This document shows, one piece after another, positions 44,189 to 54,104 of a stretch of 64,000 nucleotides of DNA. Location: assembly GCA_035259575.1 (NCBI GenBank), contig DATFWE010000042.1:4882-68881 (forward strand). Direction: 5' to 3'. Within the stretch, counting starts at the first letter, position 1, and each line of letters begins with the position of its first letter. Both the position numbers and the translations under genes were made by a program. Below the pieces are notes generated by a model, which had not been told where the DNA came from, did no database searches, and saw nothing but the letters and a program-made list of their open reading frames with translations. The stretch comes from Haliangiales bacterium (lineage in GTDB: Bacteria > Myxococcota_A > Polyangia > Haliangiales > SHYZ01).

Positions 44189-46804
44189 TCACTCGGCGTA
44201 GAGCGCGATGACCGGGCTCAGCCCGGCCGCCCGCCGGGCCGGGATCACCGACGCGGCCGCGGCCACGACGACGAGGACGACGGGGACGGCGGCGAAGGTG
44301 GCGAGATCGGTGGGGCTGACCTGGTAGAGAAGGTTGGCCAGGACGTGGGTGAGGGCCAGGGCGCCGGCGATGCCGAGGACGACGCCGAGCGAGGCCAGCT
44401 TGAGCGCGTCGCCGAGGACCAGGCGCAGGACGTCCATCCGGCGCGCCCCGAGGGCCACGCGGACGCCGATCTCGCGCGTGCGCTGGGTGACGAGGAAGGC
44501 GAGGACGCCGTAGACGCCGACGGCGGCGAGGAGGAGGGCGATGAGGGCGAAGCCTCCGATCAGCGCGGCGAAGAAGCGCGGGGCGGCGACCGAGCGCGAA
44601 AGGACGGTTTCCATGGTCGCGACGTCGAAGATCGGCTGATCCGGATCGAGCGACCGGACGGCGCCGCGCACCGCGGCGACCAGCGCGCTCGGCTCGACTT
44701 CCGTCCGCACCGCGAGGGTCATCCAGCGGAGGAACTCCGGCTTCTGGGCGTGCGGCTGGTACACCGCCGGCCCCTCGTCGGCGTCGAGCCCCATGTGCTT
44801 GACGTCGCCGACGACGCCGACGATGGTGCGGAGCGCGCCGTCATCGGCGCCGAGCCGCAGCCGGCGGCCCAGCGGCGAGCCGTCGGGGAAGTAGCGAGCG
44901 ACCAGGCTGTCGTTGACCACGACCACGCCGGCGGCGCCGCTCCGGTCGGTGGCGTCGAACCGCCGCCCCGCGCGCAGGGGGATGCCCATGGTGGCGAAGT
45001 AGTCGGGCGAGACCACGCGGTAGGCGGCGTAGGGGGGCCGGCCTCCCGCGGGGACCGGGCGCCCTTCGATGGCGAGCTCGTTCATCATCTGGTTCTTGCG
45101 CAGCGGCAGGTCCTGGACGCCGCCGACGCTGCGGACGCCGGGGAGGGCGCCGATCCGCCGCTCCAGCTCCTGGAAGAAGGCGATCTGCCGGTCGTTGTCG
45201 CGGTATTTCTGCGCCGGCAGCCACACCCGCAGCGTGAGGAGGTTGCGCGTGTCGAACCCGGGCGCGACCGCCGACAGCCGCGCGAAGCTCTTCATCAGCA
45301 GGCCGGCGCCGACGAGGAGGATCAGCGCCAGGGCGATCTCGCTCACCACCAGCGCGCCGCGGAGTCGGGCCCGCTGGCCCCCGCCCTCTCGTTTGAGCGC
45401 GTCGAGCGGGGCGTCGCGGGACACGAGGAAGCCGGGCAGCAGGCCGCAGGCCAGCGCCGACCCGACGGTGATCGCCAGCGTCACCGCGAGCACCCGCCCG
45501 TCGATGGTGGCCTGGGCCAGGCGCGGGATGCCACCGGGGCCCCAGGCCAGGACGCCGTCGACCGCCAGGGCGGCGAGGCCGGTGCCGGCGGCGGCGCCGA
45601 GGAGGGCGAGGAGCAAGCTCTCGGTCAGCGACTGTGCGACCAGCCGGGCGCGCCCGGCGCCCACGGCCACGCGGATGGCCATCTCCCGTCGCCGCGCGGC
45701 AGCGCGGGCCAGGAGCAGATTGGCGGCGTTGACGTTGGACACGAGCAGCACGCAGGCCACCGCGCCGAGAAGGATGAGCAGCGGCGGGCGCGCGTCGCCG
45801 TAAAGGAGCGGCACGAGCCGAGACACGCGCACGGTCCAGCCGAGGTCGTCGGGGTACTCCTGCGCCAGCCGCGCGCCGACGGCCTCCATGTTTGCCCGGG
45901 CGCCGGCCACCGTCTCCCCCGGCGCGAGCCGCGCGATGACGCGGATGAACCGGGTGCTGCGGCCGTTGCGGTTGGCGTCGCCCGGTCCGGCGGGGGCCCA
46001 GAGATCGATGTCGTCGCCGGGGTAGGCGAAGTCGGGCGCCATCACGCCGACGACGGTGACGCTCTGGCCGGCGAGCGCGATGCTCCGGCCGATCACCCCG
46101 GGGTCGCCGCCGAACCGCCGCTGCCACAGGCCGTGGCCGATCACCGCCACCGGCGGGCTGTCTGCCCGATCGTCGGCGACGCCGAGCGTCCGGCCCAGCG
46201 CCGGCCTCGCTCCCAGGACGTCGAAGAAGCCGCCGGTGACGATCGCGGTGGTGAGCCGCTCCGGCGGATCGACGCCGGTGAGGTTGGCGGTCCAGGTGAA
46301 CGACGCCGCCATGCCGGAGAACGACCGGTTCTGCGCCTGCCAGTCGGAGAAGTTCGCGAACGACGCCGACCGGACGTCGTCGGCCGCGCCGGAGGTCTCC
46401 CACACGGCCACCAGCCGATCCGGTTCGGCGAACGGCGGCGGCCGGAGCACCACCGCGTCGACGACGCTGAACACCGTCGTGGTGGCGCCGATTCCAAGGG
46501 CCAGCGTGGCGACCGCGGCCAGGGCGAACGTCGGCCGCCGGGCCAGCGACCGCGCGGCGATGCGGAGGTCGCGGCGGAACACGTCGACGAGGCCGGCGCC
46601 GCGGAGTTCGCGCGCTTCCTCGCCGATGCCGGTCACGTTGCCGAACCGGCGGCGGGCGTCGCGCTCGGCATCCTCCGGCGTCATCCCGGCGGCGCGGTTT
46701 TCCGCGATCCGCATTTCGATGTGGAAGCGGATCTCCTCGTCGACCTCGCGGGCGACCCGCCCGGGGGCGAACACGGCCCGCAGCCGCTGCCAGAGGCGGC
46801 TCAT
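44189..46804 (-). CDS. Second duplicated ABC permease (ADOP-type)
   Basis: EIRFHIEM..ARRRFGN prefix, LALGIGATT, EMAIRVAVGA and EIGVRVALGA; ATGA-coupled to PadR. Confidence 0.92.
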   Translation of the reverse strand: MSRLWQRLRAVFAPGRVAREVDEEIRFHIEMRIAENRAAGMTPEDAERDARRRFGNVTGIGEEARELRGAGLVDVFRRDLRIAARSLARRPTFALAAVATLALGIGATTTVFSVVDAVVLRPPPFAEPDRLVAVWETSGAADDVRSASFANFSDWQAQNRSFSGMAASFTWTANLTGVDPPERLTTAIVTGGFFDVLGARPALGRTLGVADDRADSPPVAVIGHGLWQRRFGGDPGVIGRSIALAGQSVTVVGVMAPDFAYPGDDIDLWAPAGPGDANRNGRSTRFIRVIARLAPGETVAGARANMEAVGARLAQEYPDDLGWTVRVSRLVPLLYGDARPPLLILLGAVACVLLVSNVNAANLLLARAAARRREMAIRVAVGAGRARLVAQSLTESLLLALLGAAAGTGLAALAVDGVLAWGPGGIPRLAQATIDGRVLAVTLAITVGSALACGLLPGFLVSRDAPLDALKREGGGQRARLRGALVVSEIALALILLVGAGLLMKSFARLSAVAPGFDTRNLLTLRVWLPAQKYRDNDRQIAFFQELERRIGALPGVRSVGGVQDLPLRKNQMMNELAIEGRPVPAGGRPPYAAYRVVSPDYFATMGIPLRAGRRFDATDRSGAAGVVVVNDSLVARYFPDGSPLGRRLRLGADDGALRTIVGVVGDVKHMGLDADEGPAVYQPHAQKPEFLRWMTLAVRTEVEPSALVAAVRGAVRSLDPDQPIFDVATMETVLSRSVAAPRFFAALIGGFALIALLLAAVGVYGVLAFLVTQRTREIGVRVALGARRMDVLRLVLGDALKLASLGVVLGIAGALALTHVLANLLYQVSPTDLATFAAVPVVLVVVAAAASVIPARRAAGLSPVIALYAE

Positions 46805-47136
46805 GTCGTCTCCATGATCTTGGCGATGGCGATCGACAGGCGCTGCCAGCTCTCGGCCTCGGCCTCGAGCTGCCGCCGCCCCTTGGGGGTGAGCTGATAG
46901 TAGCGGGCGCGCCGGTTGTTCTCGGTCGTGCCCCACTCGGAGCGGATCCATCCCCGTTCTTCCATCCGATACAGCGCCGGGTAGAGGGAGCCCTCTTCGA
47001 CCTGGAGCGCGTCGTCGCTGGTGCGCTGGATCCAGCGGGCGATGTCGTAGCCGTGGCTGGCGCCGCGCCGCAGCGTCTTGAGCACGAGCATGTCGAGGGT
47101 GCCCTGGAGAAGGTCGGATCGAGGAGCGCGTTCCAT
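46801..47136 (-). CDS. PadR-family regulator (acidobacterial-type)
   Basis: DLLQGTLDMLVLKTL..HGYDIARWI..EEGSLYPALYRME..NNRRARYYQLT. Confidence 0.94.
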   Translation of the reverse strand: MERAPRSDLLQGTLDMLVLKTLRRGASHGYDIARWIQRTSDDALQVEEGSLYPALYRMEERGWIRSEWGTTENNRRARYYQLTPKGRRQLEAEAESWQRLSIAIAKIMETT

Positions 47137-47184
47137 TAGACGTCCTAGGGGAGCGTAGGGGCGCTCCCTTAGAATGTCAAGGGG
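47137..47184 (-). promoter_or_regulatory. sigma70 promoter and putative PadR operators
   Basis: Minus TTGACA-N17-TACGCT; GGGAGCG-N6-CGCTCCC palindrome over the -10; related 18-mers CCCTTGACATTCTAAGGG and CCCTAGGACGTCTAATGG. Confidence 0.6.
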
Positions 47185-47240
47185 AAGCGGGCAGCGCTCG
47201 CGCCAGGGCATCGAGGTCTTCGACCAGCCCGCCTCGGTAC

Positions 47241-47338
47241 GCTCTTCCCGTCTTTCTCCATCGCGTGGCACGATGTGCAGTAGGCGACGCTCTTGGAGTG
47301 CTCGACGTGCGCGTTGGTCCCCATGAACGCAATGAACA
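47241..47338 (-). pseudogene. 98-bp relic of a NapC/NirT-like cytochrome gene
   Basis: Ungapped match to 26933-27030, 85/98 identical by manual count; encodes FIAFMGTNAHVEHSKSVAYCTSCHAMEKDGKS. Confidence 0.85.
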
Positions 47339-47339
47339 C

Positions 47340-48614
47340 TTGCGCGGCCGCGTCGCTTTCGTCGCGGTCGCGGTGGCCGTCGTGGCGTCGGCCTGCGACG
47401 GCCCGCGCGGGCCGGAGGCGCGGGGCGTGACGGCGTCCCCCCAGGCCCCGGGCCGCGACGATCGCGAGCGCCGCGACCAGGCGGCGGCGCTGATGCTGCG
47501 CTTCGCGGAGCGCACGGGGCTCACGTCAGCGCGAGCGGAGCGGCGCTACCTGTGGACGGATGCGTTCGCCGTGTGCAACTTCCTCGGCCTCGCGCGCGCG
47601 ACCGGGGAAGCGCGCTACACCGAGCTCGCGCTGCGGCTGATCGATCGCGTGCATCACACCCTCGGGAAGCATCGCGCCGACGATGCGCGCACGGGCTGGC
47701 TGAGCGGCCTGTCCGCGCAGGACGGCGAGGCGCACCCCACCCGCGGCGGCCTGCGCATCGGCAAGGAGCTGCCCGAGCGCCGCCCGGACCAGCCGTTCGA
47801 CGAGCGGCTGGAATGGGAGCGCGACGGCCAGTACTTCCATTACCTCACCCAGTGGATGCACGCGCTCGATCGCGCGGCACGAGCGACCGCCACGCCGCGA
47901 TTCAATCGGTGGGGGCGCGAGCTGGCGGAGACGGCGCGCGCCGCGTTCGCCCACGGCGCGCGGGGCACCTCGCTCCGACGCATGTACTGGAAGATGAGCA
48001 TCGACCTCGGGCGGCCGCTCGTGCCGTCGATGGGCCAGCACGACGCGCTCGATGGGTACGTCGCGTGCGCCGAGCTGCGGGCGACCGCGGCGGCGTCGGG
48101 GGAGCCGGCTGCGGGTCCGACGCCGCCCACGCTAGAAGACGAAGCCCGGGACTTCGCCCGGATGATCGACGTCGACAACCTGGCGACGGCCGACCCGCTG
48201 GGGATCGGGGGCCTCCTGGTCGACGCCCATCGCCTGGATCGGCTCGTCCGCCGCGGAGCCGGTGCGGACGGCGGCCTGCGCGATCGGCTGCTCGGCGCGG
48301 CGATCGCGGGGCTGGAGCAGTACGCGCGGGCCGGCGACCTCGGGCGCCCCGCCGAGCGACGCCTCGCGTTTCGCGAGCTCGGGCTCGCGATCGGGCTTCA
48401 CGCGGTCGCGGCGATGCGGCGCGGGGCGACGGACGAACCGGAGCGCAGGCTCCTCGAGGCGCTGCGCCCCTACGATAGGCTGGCCGACGACGTCATCGCC
48501 TTCTGGCTCGAGCCCGAGCACCAGAGATCGTCGACGTTCGTGGAGCACGAAGACATCAACGAGGTCATGCTGGCGACCGCGCTCGCGCCCGAGGGATTCC
48601 TCGGCGAGCTCTGA
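47340..48614 (+). CDS. Conserved-looking hypothetical protein, possible lipoprotein
   Basis: RYLWTDAFAV, GGLRIGK, RDGQYFHYL.QWMHAL and HEDINEVMLATAL blocks; TTG 47340 gives MRGRVAFVAVAVAVVASAC. Start uncertain. Confidence 0.7.
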   Translation: MRGRVAFVAVAVAVVASACDGPRGPEARGVTASPQAPGRDDRERRDQAAALMLRFAERTGLTSARAERRYLWTDAFAVCNFLGLARATGEARYTELALRLIDRVHHTLGKHRADDARTGWLSGLSAQDGEAHPTRGGLRIGKELPERRPDQPFDERLEWERDGQYFHYLTQWMHALDRAARATATPRFNRWGRELAETARAAFAHGARGTSLRRMYWKMSIDLGRPLVPSMGQHDALDGYVACAELRATAAASGEPAAGPTPPTLEDEARDFARMIDVDNLATADPLGIGGLLVDAHRLDRLVRRGAGADGGLRDRLLGAAIAGLEQYARAGDLGRPAERRLAFRELGLAIGLHAVAAMRRGATDEPERRLLEALRPYDRLADDVIAFWLEPEHQRSSTFVEHEDINEVMLATALAPEGFLGEL

Positions 48615-48716
48615 AGAGCGCTCCGTCACATAGAGTGCTCGGCAGGCAAAAGGTTACGGCGTCCGCGTGTAACCGATCGCCGTCGGCAGACTCCGTTCAT
48701 GCGAAGGAGGAATCGC

Positions 48717-50072
48717 ATGTCCATCCGTCCTTTGGCCAAATTCGGGGGGTGCGTGACGCTGTGCATGGCCATGGCGTGCACCGGCGCGTCCGCGCCGATC
48801 GGCGATCAGGGCGCCGCCGAGGGGTCCGACAAGACCGGCGAGCCCGATTCGGTTCGCCAGGCCGCCCTGGCGATGATCCGCGAGGGCCGGCACACGTTCC
48901 GCTTCGACACCTTCGGCGACGAGGCGTTCTGGGGCGACACGCTCCGGTTGCATCAGGCGATCGCCGGCGCCGCGAACGGCGGCGTCGGTCCCGGCGTCAG
49001 CCCCGCCGCGGCGCTCGGTCTCGGCCTGAAGGTCGACGTAGAGGCGCTGCCGCGCGAGCTGCGGGTTGCAATTCGCAATGGGCAAGTGGATCTGAACGAC
49101 CCGGCCACGACCGTCGCGCTGCTCCGCCTGAATGCCGTCGTGGGGGTCACCGGCTTCTTCGCCGGCGACGGAACGCTGCGCTCCATGGGCATCCAGTGTG
49201 CGCTTTGCCACTCCACCGTCGACGACTCGTTCGCGCCGGGCATCGGGCGCCGCCTCGACGGCTGGGCCAACCGCGACCTCAATGTGGGCGCGATCGTCGC
49301 GGCCGCGCCCGACCTGTCGGTCGTCGCGAGCCTTCTCGGCACCGATCAGGCGACCGTGCGCACGGTGCTGCACTCGTGGGGGCCCGGCAAGTTCGACGCC
49401 GAGCTCTTCATGGACGGCAAGGCCTTCCGCCCCGACGGCGGCTCGGCGGCCACGCTCATCCCGCCGGCGTTCGGCCTCGCCGGCGTGAACCTGCACACGT
49501 GGACCGGTTGGGGCTCGGTCACGCACTGGAACGCGTTCGTCGCCAACCTCGAGATGCACGGCAAGGGGACCTTCTTCGACCCGCGCCTCGACGACACGAG
49601 CCGGTTCCCCATCGCGGCCGCGAACGGCTTCGGTCACGTGACGATCGCCGAGAACGAGGACCGCATCACCCCGCGGCTGCCGGCGCTGCATTTCTTCCAG
49701 CTCGCGTTGCGCGCGCCGCGGCCGCCGGAAGGCAGCTTCGACGAGGATGCCGCCGAGCGCGGCGGTGCGGTGTTCTCGGGCAAGGCGCGCTGCGCGAGCT
49801 GCCACGTCCGGCCGCTCACCACCGAGCCCGGCTGGAACATGCACACCGCGCAGGAGGTCGGCATCGACGAATTCCAGGCCGACCGCGCGCCCGACCGGCG
49901 CTATCGCACTACGCCCCTGCGCGGCCTGTGGACCCACCAGAAGGGCGGCTTCTACCACGACGGCCGCTTCGCGACGCTGCTCGACGTCGTGAACCACTAC
50001 AACTCGTTCATGGCCCTGGGCCTCACCGACACCGAGAAGCAGGAGCTCGTCGAGTTCATGAAGTCGCTATGA
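48717..50072 (+). CDS. Di-heme c-type cytochrome lipoprotein with a CCP/MauG-like C-terminus
   Basis: AAGGAGG SD; MAMAC lipobox; CALCH and CASCH; YRTTPLRGL..FYHDGRFATLLDVVNHY. Confidence 0.8.
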   Translation: MSIRPLAKFGGCVTLCMAMACTGASAPIGDQGAAEGSDKTGEPDSVRQAALAMIREGRHTFRFDTFGDEAFWGDTLRLHQAIAGAANGGVGPGVSPAAALGLGLKVDVEALPRELRVAIRNGQVDLNDPATTVALLRLNAVVGVTGFFAGDGTLRSMGIQCALCHSTVDDSFAPGIGRRLDGWANRDLNVGAIVAAAPDLSVVASLLGTDQATVRTVLHSWGPGKFDAELFMDGKAFRPDGGSAATLIPPAFGLAGVNLHTWTGWGSVTHWNAFVANLEMHGKGTFFDPRLDDTSRFPIAAANGFGHVTIAENEDRITPRLPALHFFQLALRAPRPPEGSFDEDAAERGGAVFSGKARCASCHVRPLTTEPGWNMHTAQEVGIDEFQADRAPDRRYRTTPLRGLWTHQKGGFYHDGRFATLLDVVNHYNSFMALGLTDTEKQELVEFMKSL

Positions 50073-50166
50073 CCCCCCGCTGACCGCGGCCCCTTGCGCT
50101 CGGCGCGGCTCCGAGCCTACGCTTCGATCCGCCGGGACAACGCCCCGTCCCGGCAAGGAGGTCACC

Positions 50167-50904
<738 letters not shown>

Positions 50905-50949
50905 CCACACGACTTGGCCGCGCCACGCGCGCCGTGTACACAGGACGAC

Positions 50950-51369
50950 ATGCTCGCCCTTCGTCTGGCCTCCCTCACCCCCATCGCCCACGCCCTCCTG
51001 CGCATCGTCGCCGGCGCGATGTTCGCGCAGCACGGCGCCCAGAAGCTGTTCGGCGCGCTCGGTGGCACCGTCATGCCCGTCGGCTCGCAGCTGTGGATCG
51101 GCGCGGTCATCGAGCTCGTCGGCGGCGCGCTGATCGCGCTCGGCCTGTTCACGCGCCCGTCCGCGTTCGTCGCCAGCGGTACGATGGCGGTCGCGTACTT
51201 CCAGTTCCACTGGAAGCTCCACCTCGGCACGGCCGTGTTCCCGGCCGTCAACAAGGGAGAGCTGGCGGTGCTGTACTGTTTCGTGTTCCTCGTCTTCGCG
51301 TGCACCGGCGCCGGAAAATGGGGGCTCGACGGCGTCCTGATCGCCCGCGATCGGGGGTTCCGGGGTTGA
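50950..51369 (+). CDS. DoxX-family membrane protein
   Basis: LLRIVAG..HGAQKLFG..ELVGG..GLFTR..GTMAVAYF..NKGELAVLY. Confidence 0.9.
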   Translation: MLALRLASLTPIAHALLRIVAGAMFAQHGAQKLFGALGGTVMPVGSQLWIGAVIELVGGALIALGLFTRPSAFVASGTMAVAYFQFHWKLHLGTAVFPAVNKGELAVLYCFVFLVFACTGAGKWGLDGVLIARDRGFRG

Positions 51370-51381
51370 CACGATTCGCCG

Positions 51382-52152
51382 ATGCGCAACATGGATCATA
51401 TGAAGGACAAGGTCGCGCTGGTCACGGGCAGCTCGCGCGGCATCGGCGCGGCGATCGCGAAGGTGTTCGCGGCCGAGGGGGCGAAGGTCGCGGTGCACGG
51501 CAGGGACGCGGAAGCAATCTCCGCCACCCGGGAAGCGATCGAGAATGCCGGCGGCCGCGCGATCGGCGTCGCCGCCGACGTCACCAATCTCGCCGAGATC
51601 GAAGCCATGCGCGCGCGCATCGAGGAGGAGCTCGGCCCCATCGATGTGCTCGTCGCGAATGCCGGGGGCAGCTTCAGCCCGCCCGGACCGATCGAAGAGA
51701 CCAGCGAGGAAGGCTGGCGCGCGTCCGTCGAGGGAAACCTCACCGCGACGTTTCTCACCATCAAGAGCATCCTCCCCGGCATGAAGCAGCGACGGGCGGG
51801 CACCATCATCACGATGTCGTCGTCCGCCGGCCGTCGCGCGCACCCGCGGTCCCCCCTACCCTACGCCGCGGCGAAGGCGGGCATCGAGCTCCTCACGCAG
51901 GATGTCGCCGCCCAGGCGGGCCCGTTCGGCGTTCGCGTGAACTGCATTGCGCCGGAGACGATCCTCACCGAGCGCAATCTGCAGCGCATCCCGGAAGCCC
52001 AAAGGTCCCAGCTCGTCGACGCCCATCCGCTCAAACGCCTGGGGACGCCCGAGGACGTCGCGCGCGCGGCGCTGTTTCTGGCCTCGGATGATGCCGCCTG
52101 GATCACCGGCATCATCCTGGACGTCGCGGGCGGCGCGGTGATGGTGCGGTGA
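51382..52152 (+). CDS. SDR-family oxidoreductase
   Basis: TGSSRGIG, ANAG, YAAAK and VNCIAPE. Start could be 51382, 51391 or 51400. Confidence 0.92.
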   Translation: MRNMDHMKDKVALVTGSSRGIGAAIAKVFAAEGAKVAVHGRDAEAISATREAIENAGGRAIGVAADVTNLAEIEAMRARIEEELGPIDVLVANAGGSFSPPGPIEETSEEGWRASVEGNLTATFLTIKSILPGMKQRRAGTIITMSSSAGRRAHPRSPLPYAAAKAGIELLTQDVAAQAGPFGVRVNCIAPETILTERNLQRIPEAQRSQLVDAHPLKRLGTPEDVARAALFLASDDAAWITGIILDVAGGAVMVR

Positions 52153-52167
52153 CGGACGTATGGCCGC

Positions 52168-54042
52168 TCAGGGCGCGCCCGACGCGCCCGCCCGTTCCGC
52201 GCGCACGCGCTCGCGGAAGTCGGCCTCGTCCTCCGCGATCATCTTCGTCCAGCCGTCGGGATCGTAGAGCGGGTGCGGGCGGACCGCGGCGCGGATCTTG
52301 TCGACGCGCCCCTCGAACAGCTCCTGGGGGTGCATCGTCAGGTAGATGTCGGGCTTGAGCTTCTTCAGGCGGGCGAAGCTCTGCAACGTGTCCTCGACGA
52401 GGCGCGGAAACTTCGGATTGCCCACGAGCTTGACGCCGACGTTCGGCCCCGCGCACGCGTAGAACGCAACCGCATACGACTCCTTGCCGTCCTGCACGCG
52501 AGTCGTCCACACCGTGCAGCCGGGCGTGTGTCCCGGCGCCCACACCGCGCGCAGCGTGGTTCCGCCCAGCGTCACCGTGTCGCCGTCGGCCAGCACCCGG
52601 TCGACGTGGACCGGGTCCCACCCCTCGTCGCCCAGCGGCGAGCGGTCCGTGCCCGACGCCAGCGCCGCCGCGTCGTCGCGGAGCGCCATCACGCGCGCGC
52701 CCGTCGCCCGTTGCATCGCCGCGTGCCCCTGCACGTGGTCGAAGTGCGCGTGACCCGACAGCATGATCTTGATGTCGCGCAGCTTGAACCCCAGCTTCTC
52801 GATGCTGCCGCGGACGACCGGCTCCATCTCCCGCGTGCCGGTGTCGAGGAGGATGTGGCCCTCGGGCGTGACGATGAGGTAGGAGGCGATGTTCCGCGCG
52901 CCGACGTAGTAGATGTTGCCGACGATGCGGAACGGCTCGACCGCGGCGCTGGCCGGGCCGTGGAGCTCCGCGCTGACGCCCGGTTTGAGGACTCCGTGGG
53001 GATGGTCGCGGTAGTGCTGCTCGAGCCAGTGGGCGCCGAAATCGCCCCCCGCCTCGTCGAGCGCGTGCCACACCGAGTGTACGTGCGTCGCATCCTGCTG
53101 CGTATTGTCGTACTCGTAGACGAACGTCGGCCCCTTCACGCGGTAGTAATGGGGCTGCCCCGGCGCGGCGCCGCCGGCCCAGGTGAAGACGACGCGGTCG
53201 AGTCCCTTTTCGGCGATGCGCGCGCGCTCGCGCTCGGCGAGCTCGCGCGGCAGGTTGGCGACCGCCTCGTCGATGAGCGCGGCGAGGATCGCGCGCTGCG
53301 GCTCGGTCATCCGCGCCGCGGGAAGCCCCGGCAGGTCGCCGCCGCTCGCGCCCGGCCCGGTGAGGATGTCGCGCGGAGCGGCGACCTGATAGATCGCCTG
53401 GGCGCGCGACGCCCCGTCCAGGCTGGCCAGCAGGCGGAAGCCGAGGTCCTCCTCGTCGGCGAGCACGCGCATCCCGCCGAGGAACTCGCCGGTCACGCGC
53501 GTCGGCGACGCGCCGAAGAACGCCGGCGCCTCGACCGGGCGAACCCCGTCGACGAGAGTGAGGTTGAGCGACAGGTGGTGCCCCTCCAGCCGCCAGCCCC
53601 ATGTCGCCGTCGTCGACGGCTCGCCGAACACCGCCAGGTAGTACGCGCCCGGGTCGCGGCCGGGATCGTTGTGCTCGCGCCGCCGCAGCACCTCCTCGAG
53701 CGCCATGATCCCCGTGGCCTTGAGAAATCCCTGCCGGCTGAGCGCGGTGGACAGGAACGCGTAGGCCAGGTGCCGCTGCGCCGTGTCGAGCGTGCCGAGC
53801 GCGATCCCGCGCCGCGGCTTGGGGACGTAGTGCCAGCGCTGCCGCTCGGCGTCGTCGACCGCGAACGCGGCCCGCGCCCGCTGCGCGGGCTTGAGCGACG
53901 ACAGGAAGCGCCGGGCCGCCTCGACCATGTCCGCGGACAGCACCTTCTCGTCGCGATCGCGGTCGTGTACGGGCTCGTGCGCCGCCGATTGCGCGGCCGC
54001 GAGGCACAGGGTCACCAGGAATCCACGTCGCATGGCGTTCAT
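52168..54042 (-). CDS. Secreted DUF3500-domain protein fused to a subclass B3 metallo-beta-lactamase domain
   Basis: Signal peptide; WHYVP, WGWRLEGHHLSLN and EYDNTQ..HVHSVW (DUF3500); EPFRIVGNIYYVG, LLDTG, HAHFDH, GHTPGC and MHP (B3 MBL). Confidence 0.85.
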   Translation of the reverse strand: MNAMRRGFLVTLCLAAAQSAAHEPVHDRDRDEKVLSADMVEAARRFLSSLKPAQRARAAFAVDDAERQRWHYVPKPRRGIALGTLDTAQRHLAYAFLSTALSRQGFLKATGIMALEEVLRRREHNDPGRDPGAYYLAVFGEPSTTATWGWRLEGHHLSLNLTLVDGVRPVEAPAFFGASPTRVTGEFLGGMRVLADEEDLGFRLLASLDGASRAQAIYQVAAPRDILTGPGASGGDLPGLPAARMTEPQRAILAALIDEAVANLPRELAERERARIAEKGLDRVVFTWAGGAAPGQPHYYRVKGPTFVYEYDNTQQDATHVHSVWHALDEAGGDFGAHWLEQHYRDHPHGVLKPGVSAELHGPASAAVEPFRIVGNIYYVGARNIASYLIVTPEGHILLDTGTREMEPVVRGSIEKLGFKLRDIKIMLSGHAHFDHVQGHAAMQRATGARVMALRDDAAALASGTDRSPLGDEGWDPVHVDRVLADGDTVTLGGTTLRAVWAPGHTPGCTVWTTRVQDGKESYAVAFYACAGPNVGVKLVGNPKFPRLVEDTLQSFARLKKLKPDIYLTMHPQELFEGRVDKIRAAVRPHPLYDPDGWTKMIAEDEADFRERVRAERAGASGAP

Positions 54043-54070
54043 GGTGGCGTCGCGGCGGGGCGCGGTCCAA

Positions 54071-54098
54071 TTGATAGATTCGATGCCATCGATAGAAT
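54071..54098 (+). promoter_or_regulatory. LysR promoter and T-N11-A operator
   Basis: TTGATA-N16-TAGAAT; perfect palindrome TCGATG-C-CATCGA at 54080-54092. Confidence 0.62.
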
Positions 54099-54104
54099 GG
54101 CTTT

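Noticed and set aside
50131-50154. Hairpin as an intrinsic terminator
   Set aside because: There is no U-tract on either strand; it is kept only as a structural note in the phaB finding.
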